Assembly (NCBI GenBank): GCA_016839515.1
Contig: JAEOUE010000254.1
Coordinates: 1 to 64,000, forward strand
Reading direction: 5' to 3'
DNA length: 64,000 bases
Source of the DNA: Candidatus Hodarchaeum mangrovi
GTDB taxonomy: Archaea > Asgardarchaeota > Heimdallarchaeia > Hodarchaeales > Hodarchaeaceae
The first letter of the stretch is position 1. The number at the start of each line of letters is the position of its first letter. The notes beneath the pieces are model-generated. The model saw only the letters and a program-made list of their open reading frames with translations. It made no database searches and was not told where the DNA came from. Shown in pieces: positions 20,044-29,691 of the stretch. A program made the translations under genes and the position numbers.

Positions 20044-20601
20044 ATGGCTATATTGGCTAAAGTTTTACTTTTAGGAGATGGTGCAGTTGGTAAAACGGCC
20101 TTAAGAGATTCTTTTCTTGGACGAAGTTTTTCAACCAATTATATACCAACATTGGGTGCAGATTTCATCGCAAAAACCATTACACTTGAGGGGAGAGAAC
20201 TCAGATTTCAAATATGGGATTTAGCTGGACAACCGGCATTTCGTGATGTTAGGAAGCTTTATTATCGTAATACAGCTGGAGCATTCCTAGTTTTTGATTT
20301 AACACGTTTGGAGACATTAACAAACATATCTACATGGTTGACTGAACTTGCGATTAATGCTAATACTCCTAAGGTTTCAATCGTAGTGATTGGAAATAAA
20401 TTAGATCTATTAGAAAAAGAAATTGACCTTGAAAATGAAATTGAATCAATTTTGGAGACCATAAAATTAAAACATCTAGCAAACATTGATACACATATAA
20501 CATACATCGAAACATCAGCTAAAACAGGCAAAAATGTCCCTGATGCGTTTTTTAAATTGGGAGAAGGGATTTTACAACTATATGTGAATGAAAATTTTTA
20601 A
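20044..20601 (+). CDS. Rab-like small GTPase
   Basis: GDGAVGKT, PTLG, WDLAGQ, GNKLD, TSAK; AGGAG upstream of ATG. Confidence 0.93.
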   Translation: MAILAKVLLLGDGAVGKTALRDSFLGRSFSTNYIPTLGADFIAKTITLEGRELRFQIWDLAGQPAFRDVRKLYYRNTAGAFLVFDLTRLETLTNISTWLTELAINANTPKVSIVVIGNKLDLLEKEIDLENEIESILETIKLKHLANIDTHITYIETSAKTGKNVPDAFFKLGEGILQLYVNENF

Positions 20602-22445
20602 CTTGTTTCAACCACTGGTAGACGAATTAGAAACGTTGCACCTTGATCTAATCCCTCACTACTTACTTTTAATTCTCCCTGATGTTCCGTTATTATGATA
20701 CGAGACAGATATAATCCTATTCCAGTCCCAGTGATTTTTTTTGAATATTTCGATGGAAATGTTACGAATGGTTCAAAAATAGTTTCTAGCTGATCAGGAG
20801 CTATTCCTGCACCGTTATCATTAATAGAAATTTCCACCGAATCTTTATATTTATAGCACTTAAATTTAATTTCTCTTTTCTTCTCATCAGTGTGATTGAT
20901 AGCATTTTCTATAAGATTATTCAAAACTTGAGTAATTCTGTCCTGATCAATCTTTACGAAAATTGGAAAGGTTTCATCACAGGTATAGATAAATTGAGGT
21001 CCTAAAATGTCTTGATGTGGTCTTATAGCTTCTTCAAGGTATTCCTTGATACTTATGATTTCGAAGTTAAGAGTAAAAATTCCACGTTCAATTTTGGTTA
21101 ATTCACTTACTCCTGAGACTAATCTATTCAATCTCTCAATATTCTTTTGAATTATCTGAAAGCTTTTAGATCTTTCTTCTTCTGAGAGGGTAAATAAGCG
21201 CTTTCCTAAGAGATCGATATATCCTTTAATAATAGAGAGAGGTGTACGAAGTTCATGACTAGCTAAACTAATGAACTCAGCTCTCCGCTGTTCTAAATCT
21301 CTTCGTGCTTCTTCAGTACGTTTTTCAGCAGTAATATCGCTTATTACTCCAAAAGATCCAATAATTCGATTTTCTGAATCCAATAAAGAAGAAGCTGCAA
21401 CACGTGTAATCACCTCATCGCCGTTTTTATGGACAAACACAAGTTCATAAGCACCAGCAGACTTTTCGTGACGTTCTTTATTTACTCTAACAAATGTACT
21501 AATTGAATCTTGAGAAATAAAGTTGATTACGTTTATACCAATCATTTCATCTTGGGAGTAACCCAACATTTTCTCTATTGCAGGATTGACATAAATTGTG
21601 ATGTTATTAATATCAGTAAGCCAGATTCCCTCACTCATTTTAGTAATTAGTTTACGGTAACGCTCCTCACTCTCGACTAATTTATTTTCTGCAAGAATTC
21701 GCTCTGAAACATCAGATAATGTCACAACAAGATGATTAGGTTCAGTTTGAAACGCATTTACTTCAAAAACTCCTTTAATTCTTTCGTCTTTATAGGTGAT
21801 AATTTGATTTCGCCATGGTTTTCCATTTGCTGCCACTTTTAGAAAAGCATCATGAGCTTCTTCGCTAATTTTGGGGAACAGATCTTCAATACCTTTTCCA
21901 ATATAGAGATCTGTTTCTATTCTTAAAATATTATCAGCGGCTAAATTTGCTCCAGTGAAGATTAAAGTTTTATCATCTGGTAATAATTCGAATAATAACA
22001 TTCCTAAAGGTGAGGAGGCCCAGATATTCCGGTACCGTTCTTCTGAAAGAAATAATTCAGCTTCTGCTCTCTTTTTAGCTGTTATATCTCGACTCACTCC
22101 ACGGTACCCTTCAAATTTATCCTCATGAAGTATAGGTACTGCACTTGTTTCTAATACAATTTTATCTCCATGCTTATGATTAAAATCAGCTTCAAGATTA
22201 TCAATAGGTTGAGTTAATGATATATGTTTGTCAATCCTATCCATAATTGCTTTCATATTATCATGCATTAAAAAAAAACTGAATTGTTGGCCTACAATTT
22301 CTTCAGGGAGATATCCAAGGATTTTTTCTACTTGAGGACTTGAATAAGTAAATTCCCCAATTTTATTAATTTCCCAGACCCAGTCATTGATTGTTTCAAC
22401 TAATGATCGAAATCTTTCCTCAATATTTTTAGTTGTTTTAGTCAT
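20598..22445 (-). CDS. Cytoplasmic multi-PAS sensor histidine kinase
   Basis: Three PAS/PAC units ending RDIT/SDVS/SDIT; H box ASHELRTPL; NLIENA; DNGAGI; GTGIGL. Confidence 0.93.
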   Translation of the reverse strand: MTKTTKNIEERFRSLVETINDWVWEINKIGEFTYSSPQVEKILGYLPEEIVGQQFSFFLMHDNMKAIMDRIDKHISLTQPIDNLEADFNHKHGDKIVLETSAVPILHEDKFEGYRGVSRDITAKKRAEAELFLSEERYRNIWASSPLGMLLFELLPDDKTLIFTGANLAADNILRIETDLYIGKGIEDLFPKISEEAHDAFLKVAANGKPWRNQIITYKDERIKGVFEVNAFQTEPNHLVVTLSDVSERILAENKLVESEERYRKLITKMSEGIWLTDINNITIYVNPAIEKMLGYSQDEMIGINVINFISQDSISTFVRVNKERHEKSAGAYELVFVHKNGDEVITRVAASSLLDSENRIIGSFGVISDITAEKRTEEARRDLEQRRAEFISLASHELRTPLSIIKGYIDLLGKRLFTLSEEERSKSFQIIQKNIERLNRLVSGVSELTKIERGIFTLNFEIISIKEYLEEAIRPHQDILGPQFIYTCDETFPIFVKIDQDRITQVLNNLIENAINHTDEKKREIKFKCYKYKDSVEISINDNGAGIAPDQLETIFEPFVTFPSKYSKKITGTGIGLYLSRIIITEHQGELKVSSEGLDQGATFLIRLPVVETS

Positions 22446-22716
22446 AAAAATACGGTATCCTATACATATTTTCCCTGGGAATCATCTAGTATAAATTAAA
22501 TTCTCCTAGTCTTATTTCTTTTTCATCATTAATTATCATTTTCTTTGATAATTATATTTATTTACATTTTGATCTCTTATCAAAGCTATCATCGAATTAT
22601 TCATTATAATAATTCTTGCAATATACTTTTGATTGACCCTAGAATATTCTTTGTGATGATTCTAAAAAATCCAATCAATTTTCAGGAGATCAACCTTTCA
22701 AAATGATAATCAAGTG

Positions 22717-23985
22717 TTATTTTGAAATTATTTCAAGTAGAGCTTCAATTCGAGTCATTGCTTGTTCCTCAGAGAAACTCCTTGCATCACACATATCTCC
22801 TTCAATTAAAGTCCCTGGTATCCCTGTTAATTCAGTAACCTCTCTTTTAGTTACTGGTTGACCAAGTGAATATCGCTTACATGATCTCATACTATGATAA
22901 AGTATCCCATCACAGGAATAATCTTTAGCAAGTGAACTGATAAGATCAATTTTATGCTGAAGGGTTTTATTTAAGTATATATTTGAATACATAATCGCCA
23001 CATCTTTCAATAATTCACCAGTCTCTTGAAATTCCATAGACCATGCATGTGTATAAGTATCCACTGGGAATACTACTCCTTTCTCAGCTAAAGTATTAAA
23101 AAAATCATATAAATTAAACCAGATAGGGATATTATCGAATAAGAGTCTATATCGCTCCTCCACAGTGATAGCACCGAGATTCTGATTAATTCGATCTTTA
23201 ATTTCTTCCAATGCATTCTCGTACAAGGCTATAATCTCAAATGTTCCTCTTTGAGACACTATGGGAGCCATAAGAAGAAAACGATCGGCACAATTTAAAG
23301 GACTAGGTTTTTTCTTCCCTTGAACAAGAATTTCACTCCATAGCTCGATTCCTCTTTTAGAATTTTGCATAACTTCAGTAAGCTTTTCTTCATCGAATTT
23401 TTTATTAACCTGATTCTCTATAAACTTCATATATTCATCTAATTGAACCATAATATATTCTAAATAGTGTGAGGGAATTTCATCACTATTTAGTGGAGGG
23501 GTGTCAAATAAAAAAAGTGGAACATTAAAAATACGTGATAGTTCTTGATACCATTTTAAAACAGTGCCACAAATATTATTCCCAGCAACTAAAAAGTCTG
23601 GTTTTGCTAATCCACCTGTTCCATCTATTTCATGAAGAGGTGTAGGAGGAAGTGTAGAAAAAATGCTACCAAATGATGTTCTAGCATAAGCACAAAGATC
23701 AGCTGAAAAACCATGTTTTTCTGCAACTTGACATAATCGAGTTGAATCCTTAGCTGCTCCTGCTATCGCTCCATACTGTTCAGGATATAAAGGTAGGATA
23801 TCCATAGCATAGAGAAATTCAACTGGTGCTCCTGAGGTAATCCAAGCAATTTTTTTTATTTCATAAGGGTTTTTTGACTGTAAATAATAAAGCGCTTGAT
23901 TATTCTTAACTTCTTGTAAACAATTTAATCGACGATACACAGGTTCTTTTTCTGGCATTAAATACACCTTAAGATAATAATTCAA
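22717..23985 (-). CDS. 2-hydroxyacyl-CoA dehydratase / benzoyl-CoA reductase-like subunit (HgdA/BcrB-like)
   Basis: GFSADLCAY, NNICGTVLKWY, CDGILYHSMRSCK, EGDMCD..F. Confidence 0.85.
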   Translation of the reverse strand: MNYYLKVYLMPEKEPVYRRLNCLQEVKNNQALYYLQSKNPYEIKKIAWITSGAPVEFLYAMDILPLYPEQYGAIAGAAKDSTRLCQVAEKHGFSADLCAYARTSFGSIFSTLPPTPLHEIDGTGGLAKPDFLVAGNNICGTVLKWYQELSRIFNVPLFLFDTPPLNSDEIPSHYLEYIMVQLDEYMKFIENQVNKKFDEEKLTEVMQNSKRGIELWSEILVQGKKKPSPLNCADRFLLMAPIVSQRGTFEIIALYENALEEIKDRINQNLGAITVEERYRLLFDNIPIWFNLYDFFNTLAEKGVVFPVDTYTHAWSMEFQETGELLKDVAIMYSNIYLNKTLQHKIDLISSLAKDYSCDGILYHSMRSCKRYSLGQPVTKREVTELTGIPGTLIEGDMCDARSFSEEQAMTRIEALLEIISK

Positions 23986-25087
23986 GAAAAGCAGCTAATC
24001 TAGTGTGAATCTGTTCACGATTTGAAAGATCTGGAGTGGTTTCAATTATTAAAGAAGGAATTTCTATCTCTCTAAGCTTATTTTGGAGATGTACAAATTC
24101 AAAAGCTTCTGGATCACACCATTTTGTATTTAGAAGAATCACTCCATCAATCTGATTGTCTTTAATTAATTTCTTCAGATACTCCATTCTTTTATGCATG
24201 TCTAATGCTGTTGGATCAGGAATTCTTTCCATATATGCTTGAGTTAATCCTTCTAAGAATTTTCCAGTAGGAACAACAAAATTGAAGTTTCTGGTCCCAA
24301 AACTAAGATCATCTGCTACAATATGATTGAAACCTTGAATTTTCCAAATATCAAAATTATCAACTCCCATTCCTCCAGTAACTAATAATCGTGGAGATTT
24401 GGGAATTTTTGATGAATCTATGTCTCTCAAGCTCTGTAGATATTCTTCTAAAAGACTTAAAACTTCTTCAATTGGTAAAATATCACCTAAATAAAGTAAT
24501 TTTGCCATATCAAGATACAAAATTTCTCTTTGTGAAACTAATGATGCCAGTTTTTGAAAATATACCCTTCTTTGGTTATATAACTTTATACTTTCAACTA
24601 GCTTGAGCTCATGTTGTGAATCTACAAATTTTGAATGTAGTGAATTGATTAGATTTTCAAATTCAGTTTGAAGGTAACTTCTAGCTGCCTTAGTAGATGT
24701 TAAAACTGGAAAGGTTAGATTATATATCCATTGTTTTGGAAAAACTTTTCTCCAGAGATCTGAAACGTTCTGTAATGAATCGCACGTACCTGCTGAGAAA
24801 ATAATACCATCTAATGTCCTAAAACCACCATTTAATGCTAGATCCATAATTTGACGAAGCCAAGAACATCCAAAAGCTTGTATATATTGCTCTGATGCAC
24901 CAGTCTTTGTGATTCCCATTGACACAATTCTTATAGGATGTAACCCTAAAGCATGGATTATTTCTACTGGAACACGGTTAGTAAAATAACCAATGAGTTT
25001 TTTTCCATCAGTCTCTAATCTTTCCAAAGCTTCTGTATAATTATTATAAAGGATGGAATGTTTTTCTCCATTTATCATTTGTATCAC
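23969..25087 (-). CDS. 2-hydroxyacyl-CoA dehydratase / benzoyl-CoA reductase-like subunit (HgdB/BcrC-like)
   Basis: PVEIIHALG, FGCSW, TCDSLQN, DDL..G.R, KWCDPE, QIHTRLAAF. Confidence 0.85.
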   Translation of the reverse strand: MIQMINGEKHSILYNNYTEALERLETDGKKLIGYFTNRVPVEIIHALGLHPIRIVSMGITKTGASEQYIQAFGCSWLRQIMDLALNGGFRTLDGIIFSAGTCDSLQNVSDLWRKVFPKQWIYNLTFPVLTSTKAARSYLQTEFENLINSLHSKFVDSQHELKLVESIKLYNQRRVYFQKLASLVSQREILYLDMAKLLYLGDILPIEEVLSLLEEYLQSLRDIDSSKIPKSPRLLVTGGMGVDNFDIWKIQGFNHIVADDLSFGTRNFNFVVPTGKFLEGLTQAYMERIPDPTALDMHKRMEYLKKLIKDNQIDGVILLNTKWCDPEAFEFVHLQNKLREIEIPSLIIETTPDLSNREQIHTRLAAFLELLS

Positions 25088-25884
25088 TATTTTATCGATA
25101 ATCCACCATCTAATACTAAATATTGACCAGTTATTCCAGCAGAGGCTTCACTTGCTAGATAACAAATTGCTGCTTTAAGATCAGAGGGATTAATAAATCT
25201 TTGAAGAGGGATCGTCTCAAGTAAAGCTTCTCTTACAGGACTTCCTTCGACTGTGAACATCTGAGACATTGAATCAATTCCTTCAAAGAAGCTTGGAACT
25301 ATGCTATTTACTCGAATCTGTGGAGCCCATTCTACTGCTAATTGCCGTGTTAATCCCAATAATGCAGCTTTACTTGCTGTATAACCTATTTGAGGGATTA
25401 TTGCTGTCCCTTGTAACGCGAGAAGAGAACTTATTAAAATGATCTTTCCACCATTTGGATTAGGTTTGATTAATTCACGAGAAAAATCACGAATGATCAA
25501 AAAACTTCCAGTAAGATTGGTATCAATGACCTTAGACCATGTTTGCAGTGTTTGTTCATTTGTTGGTGCAGCCCATGTTACACCCGCGTTACATATCAAA
25601 ATATCCAAATATTTAATAATATTTTTGAGTTCTTTAACAATTTGTTTAACCTGTTCTTCAATACTTATGTCACAAGTAAATCCTTTTATCTTAGCATCGG
25701 GAAACTTCTCTTTCAATCGTTTTTCTTCATCCTCAATTGATCCATGACGCCCTCTTCCACAAAAGAATATTGAACTTACTCCTGCTTCCAATAAACCTTC
25801 ATTAATACTTCTTCCTAGACCTTTAGCACCTCCTGTCACAAAAGCAGTCTTTCCTGATAAACTAAATAAATCTAAAACCTTCAT
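25087..25884 (-). CDS. Short-chain dehydrogenase/reductase (SDR)
   Basis: TGGAKGLG, CNAG, YTASK, VLDGG. Confidence 0.9.
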   Translation of the reverse strand: MKVLDLFSLSGKTAFVTGGAKGLGRSINEGLLEAGVSSIFFCGRGRHGSIEDEEKRLKEKFPDAKIKGFTCDISIEEQVKQIVKELKNIIKYLDILICNAGVTWAAPTNEQTLQTWSKVIDTNLTGSFLIIRDFSRELIKPNPNGGKIILISSLLALQGTAIIPQIGYTASKAALLGLTRQLAVEWAPQIRVNSIVPSFFEGIDSMSQMFTVEGSPVREALLETIPLQRFINPSDLKAAICYLASEASAGITGQYLVLDGGLSIK

Positions 25885-26663
25885 TGACTCATCAATCCTC
25901 CATCGACAGGAATTACCACCCCTGTAATATAGGATGAAGCATTACTTGCTAAAAATACAACGACTCCTTTAAGCTCCCATTGTTCTCCCAATCTACCCAT
26001 AGGATTTTGATTTTCAAGTGTTTTTCTCATGGGGCTTTCCTTGTCTGTAAAATACCGTGACATATAAGAGGGAAACCAAGATGGTGCAATAGCATTCACC
26101 CGAATTCCATTAGAAGCATATTCAATGGCTAGTTGTTTAGTTATTCCAATAACTCCAGCTTTTGATGAATTATATGCTACAACACCATATTCTCCTCCTT
26201 TATAACCAGCAACACTAGATATATTAATAATAGAGCCACCTAATCCACGTGGTAACATAAGACTTGTTATCACTTCACGACACATTAAAAAAGTCCCAGT
26301 CAAGTTAATATCAATGACCATTTTCCATTTTTCCAAGGATAAACTTTCACTAGGATGTCCCCAAGAAACTCCAGCATTATTTACAAGAATATCAATATTT
26401 ATTGACATTTCAGTTAGGGATTTTACTAATTTTTGTACATTTTCTTCATTACTTACATCGCAATTTAAAGCAATAACCTCAGGTCCTATTTGGGCAAGCT
26501 TGTTTGAAGCAGCTTCTAAAGACCCATGACGACCTCTTCCACAAATTATTACTTTAGCTCCTGCTTCCAATAAACCTTCAGCCATTGAATATCCTATCCC
26601 AGAGGCACCCCCAGTCACTAATCCAGTTTTATCGTTCAAAGAAAACAGTTGAGATATATTCAT
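25881..26663 (-). CDS. Short-chain dehydrogenase/reductase (gluconate-5-dehydrogenase-like), paralog of its neighbour
   Basis: TGGASGIG, NNAG, YNSSK; shares GLLEAG...CGRGRHGS with 25087..25884. Confidence 0.9.
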   Translation of the reverse strand: MNISQLFSLNDKTGLVTGGASGIGYSMAEGLLEAGAKVIICGRGRHGSLEAASNKLAQIGPEVIALNCDVSNEENVQKLVKSLTEMSINIDILVNNAGVSWGHPSESLSLEKWKMVIDINLTGTFLMCREVITSLMLPRGLGGSIINISSVAGYKGGEYGVVAYNSSKAGVIGITKQLAIEYASNGIRVNAIAPSWFPSYMSRYFTDKESPMRKTLENQNPMGRLGEQWELKGVVVFLASNASSYITGVVIPVDGGLMSQ

Positions 26664-26799
26664 GAATTATCTTCTTCCTTATCAGATAGCAAATAATTAT
26701 TACAAGAGATTTTAAATCACTTATGGACAGTTGAATTTTATACTAAATAATAGTCTTATTTGAATTAGAGAGAATTTATTCAATTCCTCTATACATGTT

Positions 26800-27897
26800 T
26801 TATCTGTAAGGTTTTTGAAAATTTAATAAAAGTTTACCCCAGATTCTCATTACTCTTTCATCCCTATTTAAATCTGTTAGCGTTTCATCATCCCCTACAA
26901 ACGTATCTAGTAGCATAGCAGCACTCAAAGTGTTTAGTCGTGATTCATGATACTGAAGAAGCTCTTCTATTAAGAGTTTTTTTATTCCAGGAGACATATC
27001 TTTTAATATAGCAAATGGGGTCGAAAGAAATTTACGCTGAAAATCTTTGACAAGAAGTAAATCTGAAGTAAACCCAGTATCAATAGCCATAAAGTAATTT
27101 TTTCCAAAAATAAATCGCAATTTATGAATATAGGTCGTACCAAATGAAATATATTTGGGCTTTGAATCAAATAATGACTGAATGAATCCAACAATCGCGG
27201 AGAAAAATCCAGCCCAAATACCCTGATTTGTCAAGTTATAAGAAAAAGGAATTTCAAAACCATCAAGATTCGCAATTATTGCCCATCCCTGTGTCTGAAT
27301 TAGGCTAGTGCGTTCTGCATGCTTTCTTAGATAATAATGAAGAAGTAATAATTCCTGAAAAGATAAAATACTAAAATTACTACCCGCAATACCAACTATA
27401 TTGTCTAAAAGATTGTTATCTAGATATCTCTCATTAATATCAAGAATAATGTCTCTAAAGTGTTGTTCTATTGCCTCTTTGGTTTCTTTATCAGCATCAG
27501 TTACTAGATTGCTATATAAAATGGAAGCCTGACCAACCATCACAGCTCTCATAATTTGTTTGATATCTTCAGGGAGGCCTCCTTCAGCATCAATCAATAA
27601 TAATGTAACTGCGGGATCTGATATAATTAGAAAAAATTTTTCTTCCAAGGAGACAATGAAGATTTCAGAGGATTTTAATCCTGAATGAGCTGGTCGGTCA
27701 AAATTAATTGATGCAATACCTTCAGTTCCAAAAAGTTCTTTTCCTAATTTTCCCAATCCCATCAAAAAATTTGAAACGACCTCTAAAAACTCATGACTAG
27801 GATTTCCATAAGACCATTTTACTTCTGTTCCTTCAATAAATAAAGCCCAGTGTTCTTGAACCCTCGCAGTTACTCTTTGCATTTCCTCACAGCTCAT
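26800..27897 (-). CDS. Putative tandem longin-like domain protein
   Basis: Two units: WALFIEGTEVKWSY..VVSNFLMGLGKLGKELFG..IASINF and WAIIANLDGFEIPFSY..IWAGFFSAIVGFIQSLFDSKPKYISF. Confidence 0.5.
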   Translation of the reverse strand: MSCEEMQRVTARVQEHWALFIEGTEVKWSYGNPSHEFLEVVSNFLMGLGKLGKELFGTEGIASINFDRPAHSGLKSSEIFIVSLEEKFFLIISDPAVTLLLIDAEGGLPEDIKQIMRAVMVGQASILYSNLVTDADKETKEAIEQHFRDIILDINERYLDNNLLDNIVGIAGSNFSILSFQELLLLHYYLRKHAERTSLIQTQGWAIIANLDGFEIPFSYNLTNQGIWAGFFSAIVGFIQSLFDSKPKYISFGTTYIHKLRFIFGKNYFMAIDTGFTSDLLLVKDFQRKFLSTPFAILKDMSPGIKKLLIEELLQYHESRLNTLSAAMLLDTFVGDDETLTDLNRDERVMRIWGKLLLNFQKPYR

Positions 27898-28148
27898 TGT
27901 TCTTTCTTAATTCATTTATTTTTTTTGAAAGCGTGTCTAATTTGAAAGATATTGAAATTAACATTTCTTAAATTAACTCGAAACCTTTTCGTATTAAATA
28001 ATTTCAGGAAATTTAGAATGACTTCTTCCCTTTAAAATTTATACATATTAACTAAAGAAAATATAAAGTAAATATAGGAGTTGATGCAAGTTATTACTAT
28101 TAAAAGCTTTTTGACAAACTAAAAAAGGGGGACAGATAGAAGATCTCC

Positions 28149-29576
28149 TTAAAAAGATGGTTGAGGAATCTTTCTACGAGCACCTCTTTTCTCAAGATCT
28201 ACGATCACTTGACTAAATTCTCCTTTAAGTTCAGCTGGAAGTCGAGAAGGATGTTTAAATCCTGATTCACGATCTAAAGCATATGCGTATAAGAAAGTTT
28301 TGAAAGCAGTTCCCATAGGATAAGTTACAATAGACATAGGAATTGTTGAAAATATAATAGCAACTATTCCGATAACAAATGCACCTTCTACTGTGGAAAA
28401 GACTAAATATCCTACATAGGCTCCAGTGGCGCCCCATAACACAAAATTAATGATGTTAAAAAAGAACATTGCTAATCCAAAACCTGTTTCGCCAACCATG
28501 AGATCCAACCAATTATTCCAAACAATTTTAGCTGAATCGCGAATTGAATCTCTTACACCCTTCTTTTTAACTACAATTGCAGGTAGTGTGAAGTAAGTAA
28601 AGAATCTATATAGACCTATAATTATACTTACTATTACTGATGTAATTAGAAATAAAAAGACTGTAAATATCTGTTCATTCCGTCTTTTTCCTGTAGTAGT
28701 AGCTGATCGCCGTGCTCCACGTCCAAGGACTCTCGTAATCATTTCTAAAGTTGCCCTGATGATACCAAACCAAAGTAAAGGAGATAAAACCTGTCGTACA
28801 TCATTCCATGCAGTTTTTAAACTGGGATCTTCTTTTCGATACCAATCAAATGCGTAAGAAACAATAAATCCACCAATGATATAATATAACCCAAAATAAA
28901 CTATTAAATAAATATATTCAATAAAAAGACCTACAAATGAACCTAATTCAGATAATTCTACTGATCCCTCAGTAAATACTCCCCAACTATCATATATTTC
29001 TAGAAAACTGAAACCCATAATCATCCCAGCAAATATTGTAAAGAGAGCGACTATAATAGGAGCAATCAACAATGCTTTTTCTTCAAGAACTAAGCGAGCA
29101 GCAAACTCAACAAATTTTCCAGCTCTTCGCAATCTACGTTGGTTCCATATAGCAAATAATAAAAGGAGAACCCCAAAAATGAGAACTACATAACCAACAA
29201 GAGCAATGGGAGCTAATAAAGAAATAATTATTCCAATCCATATCATTACCCCAGGAATTAGAAATGACATGAATAATACAACAGGAGTAGCTAAATGACG
29301 CATTAATTGTAGTATAATCCATCCTAAAATAAGACACAATACAAAAAAAATCACTAATGCCAATAGTAGGTATGGTATACCTTGTGAAAGAAAAGGAATA
29401 ATAGTTCCTAGTACTATTAAGATTGAATCAAATTCTGCAGGATATTTAATGATTATAAGATCATAAATGGAATAGATTCCAAATCCATAAAGAACTAGTA
29501 CCAAAAGCAGAAATAAAAATAGAGAAAACTTTCCATGATTTGCAGTTTTAGTTTTTGACATAATTTTGAACCTCAT
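28149..29576 (-). CDS. Multi-pass membrane protein, choline-transporter-like (CTL/SLC44/Pns1)-like
   Basis: About 10 TMs; RRLRRAGKFVEFAARLV..LLIAPII; GGFIVSYAFDWY; FFTYFTLPAIVVKKKGVRDSIRDS. Confidence 0.6.
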   Translation of the reverse strand: MRFKIMSKTKTANHGKFSLFLFLLLVLVLYGFGIYSIYDLIIIKYPAEFDSILIVLGTIIPFLSQGIPYLLLALVIFFVLCLILGWIILQLMRHLATPVVLFMSFLIPGVMIWIGIIISLLAPIALVGYVVLIFGVLLLLFAIWNQRRLRRAGKFVEFAARLVLEEKALLIAPIIVALFTIFAGMIMGFSFLEIYDSWGVFTEGSVELSELGSFVGLFIEYIYLIVYFGLYYIIGGFIVSYAFDWYRKEDPSLKTAWNDVRQVLSPLLWFGIIRATLEMITRVLGRGARRSATTTGKRRNEQIFTVFLFLITSVIVSIIIGLYRFFTYFTLPAIVVKKKGVRDSIRDSAKIVWNNWLDLMVGETGFGLAMFFFNIINFVLWGATGAYVGYLVFSTVEGAFVIGIVAIIFSTIPMSIVTYPMGTAFKTFLYAYALDRESGFKHPSRLPAELKGEFSQVIVDLEKRGARRKIPQPSF

Positions 29577-29691
29577 CCTCTATTATTTATTGGTCTTTTT
29601 ATGTTGTTTCGCATCAAAGAGAATTTAAGCTGTTAAAGGTGAATTTTCATAATAAGCATTTAATCAAATACTCCATCAAATTTTTAATCTG

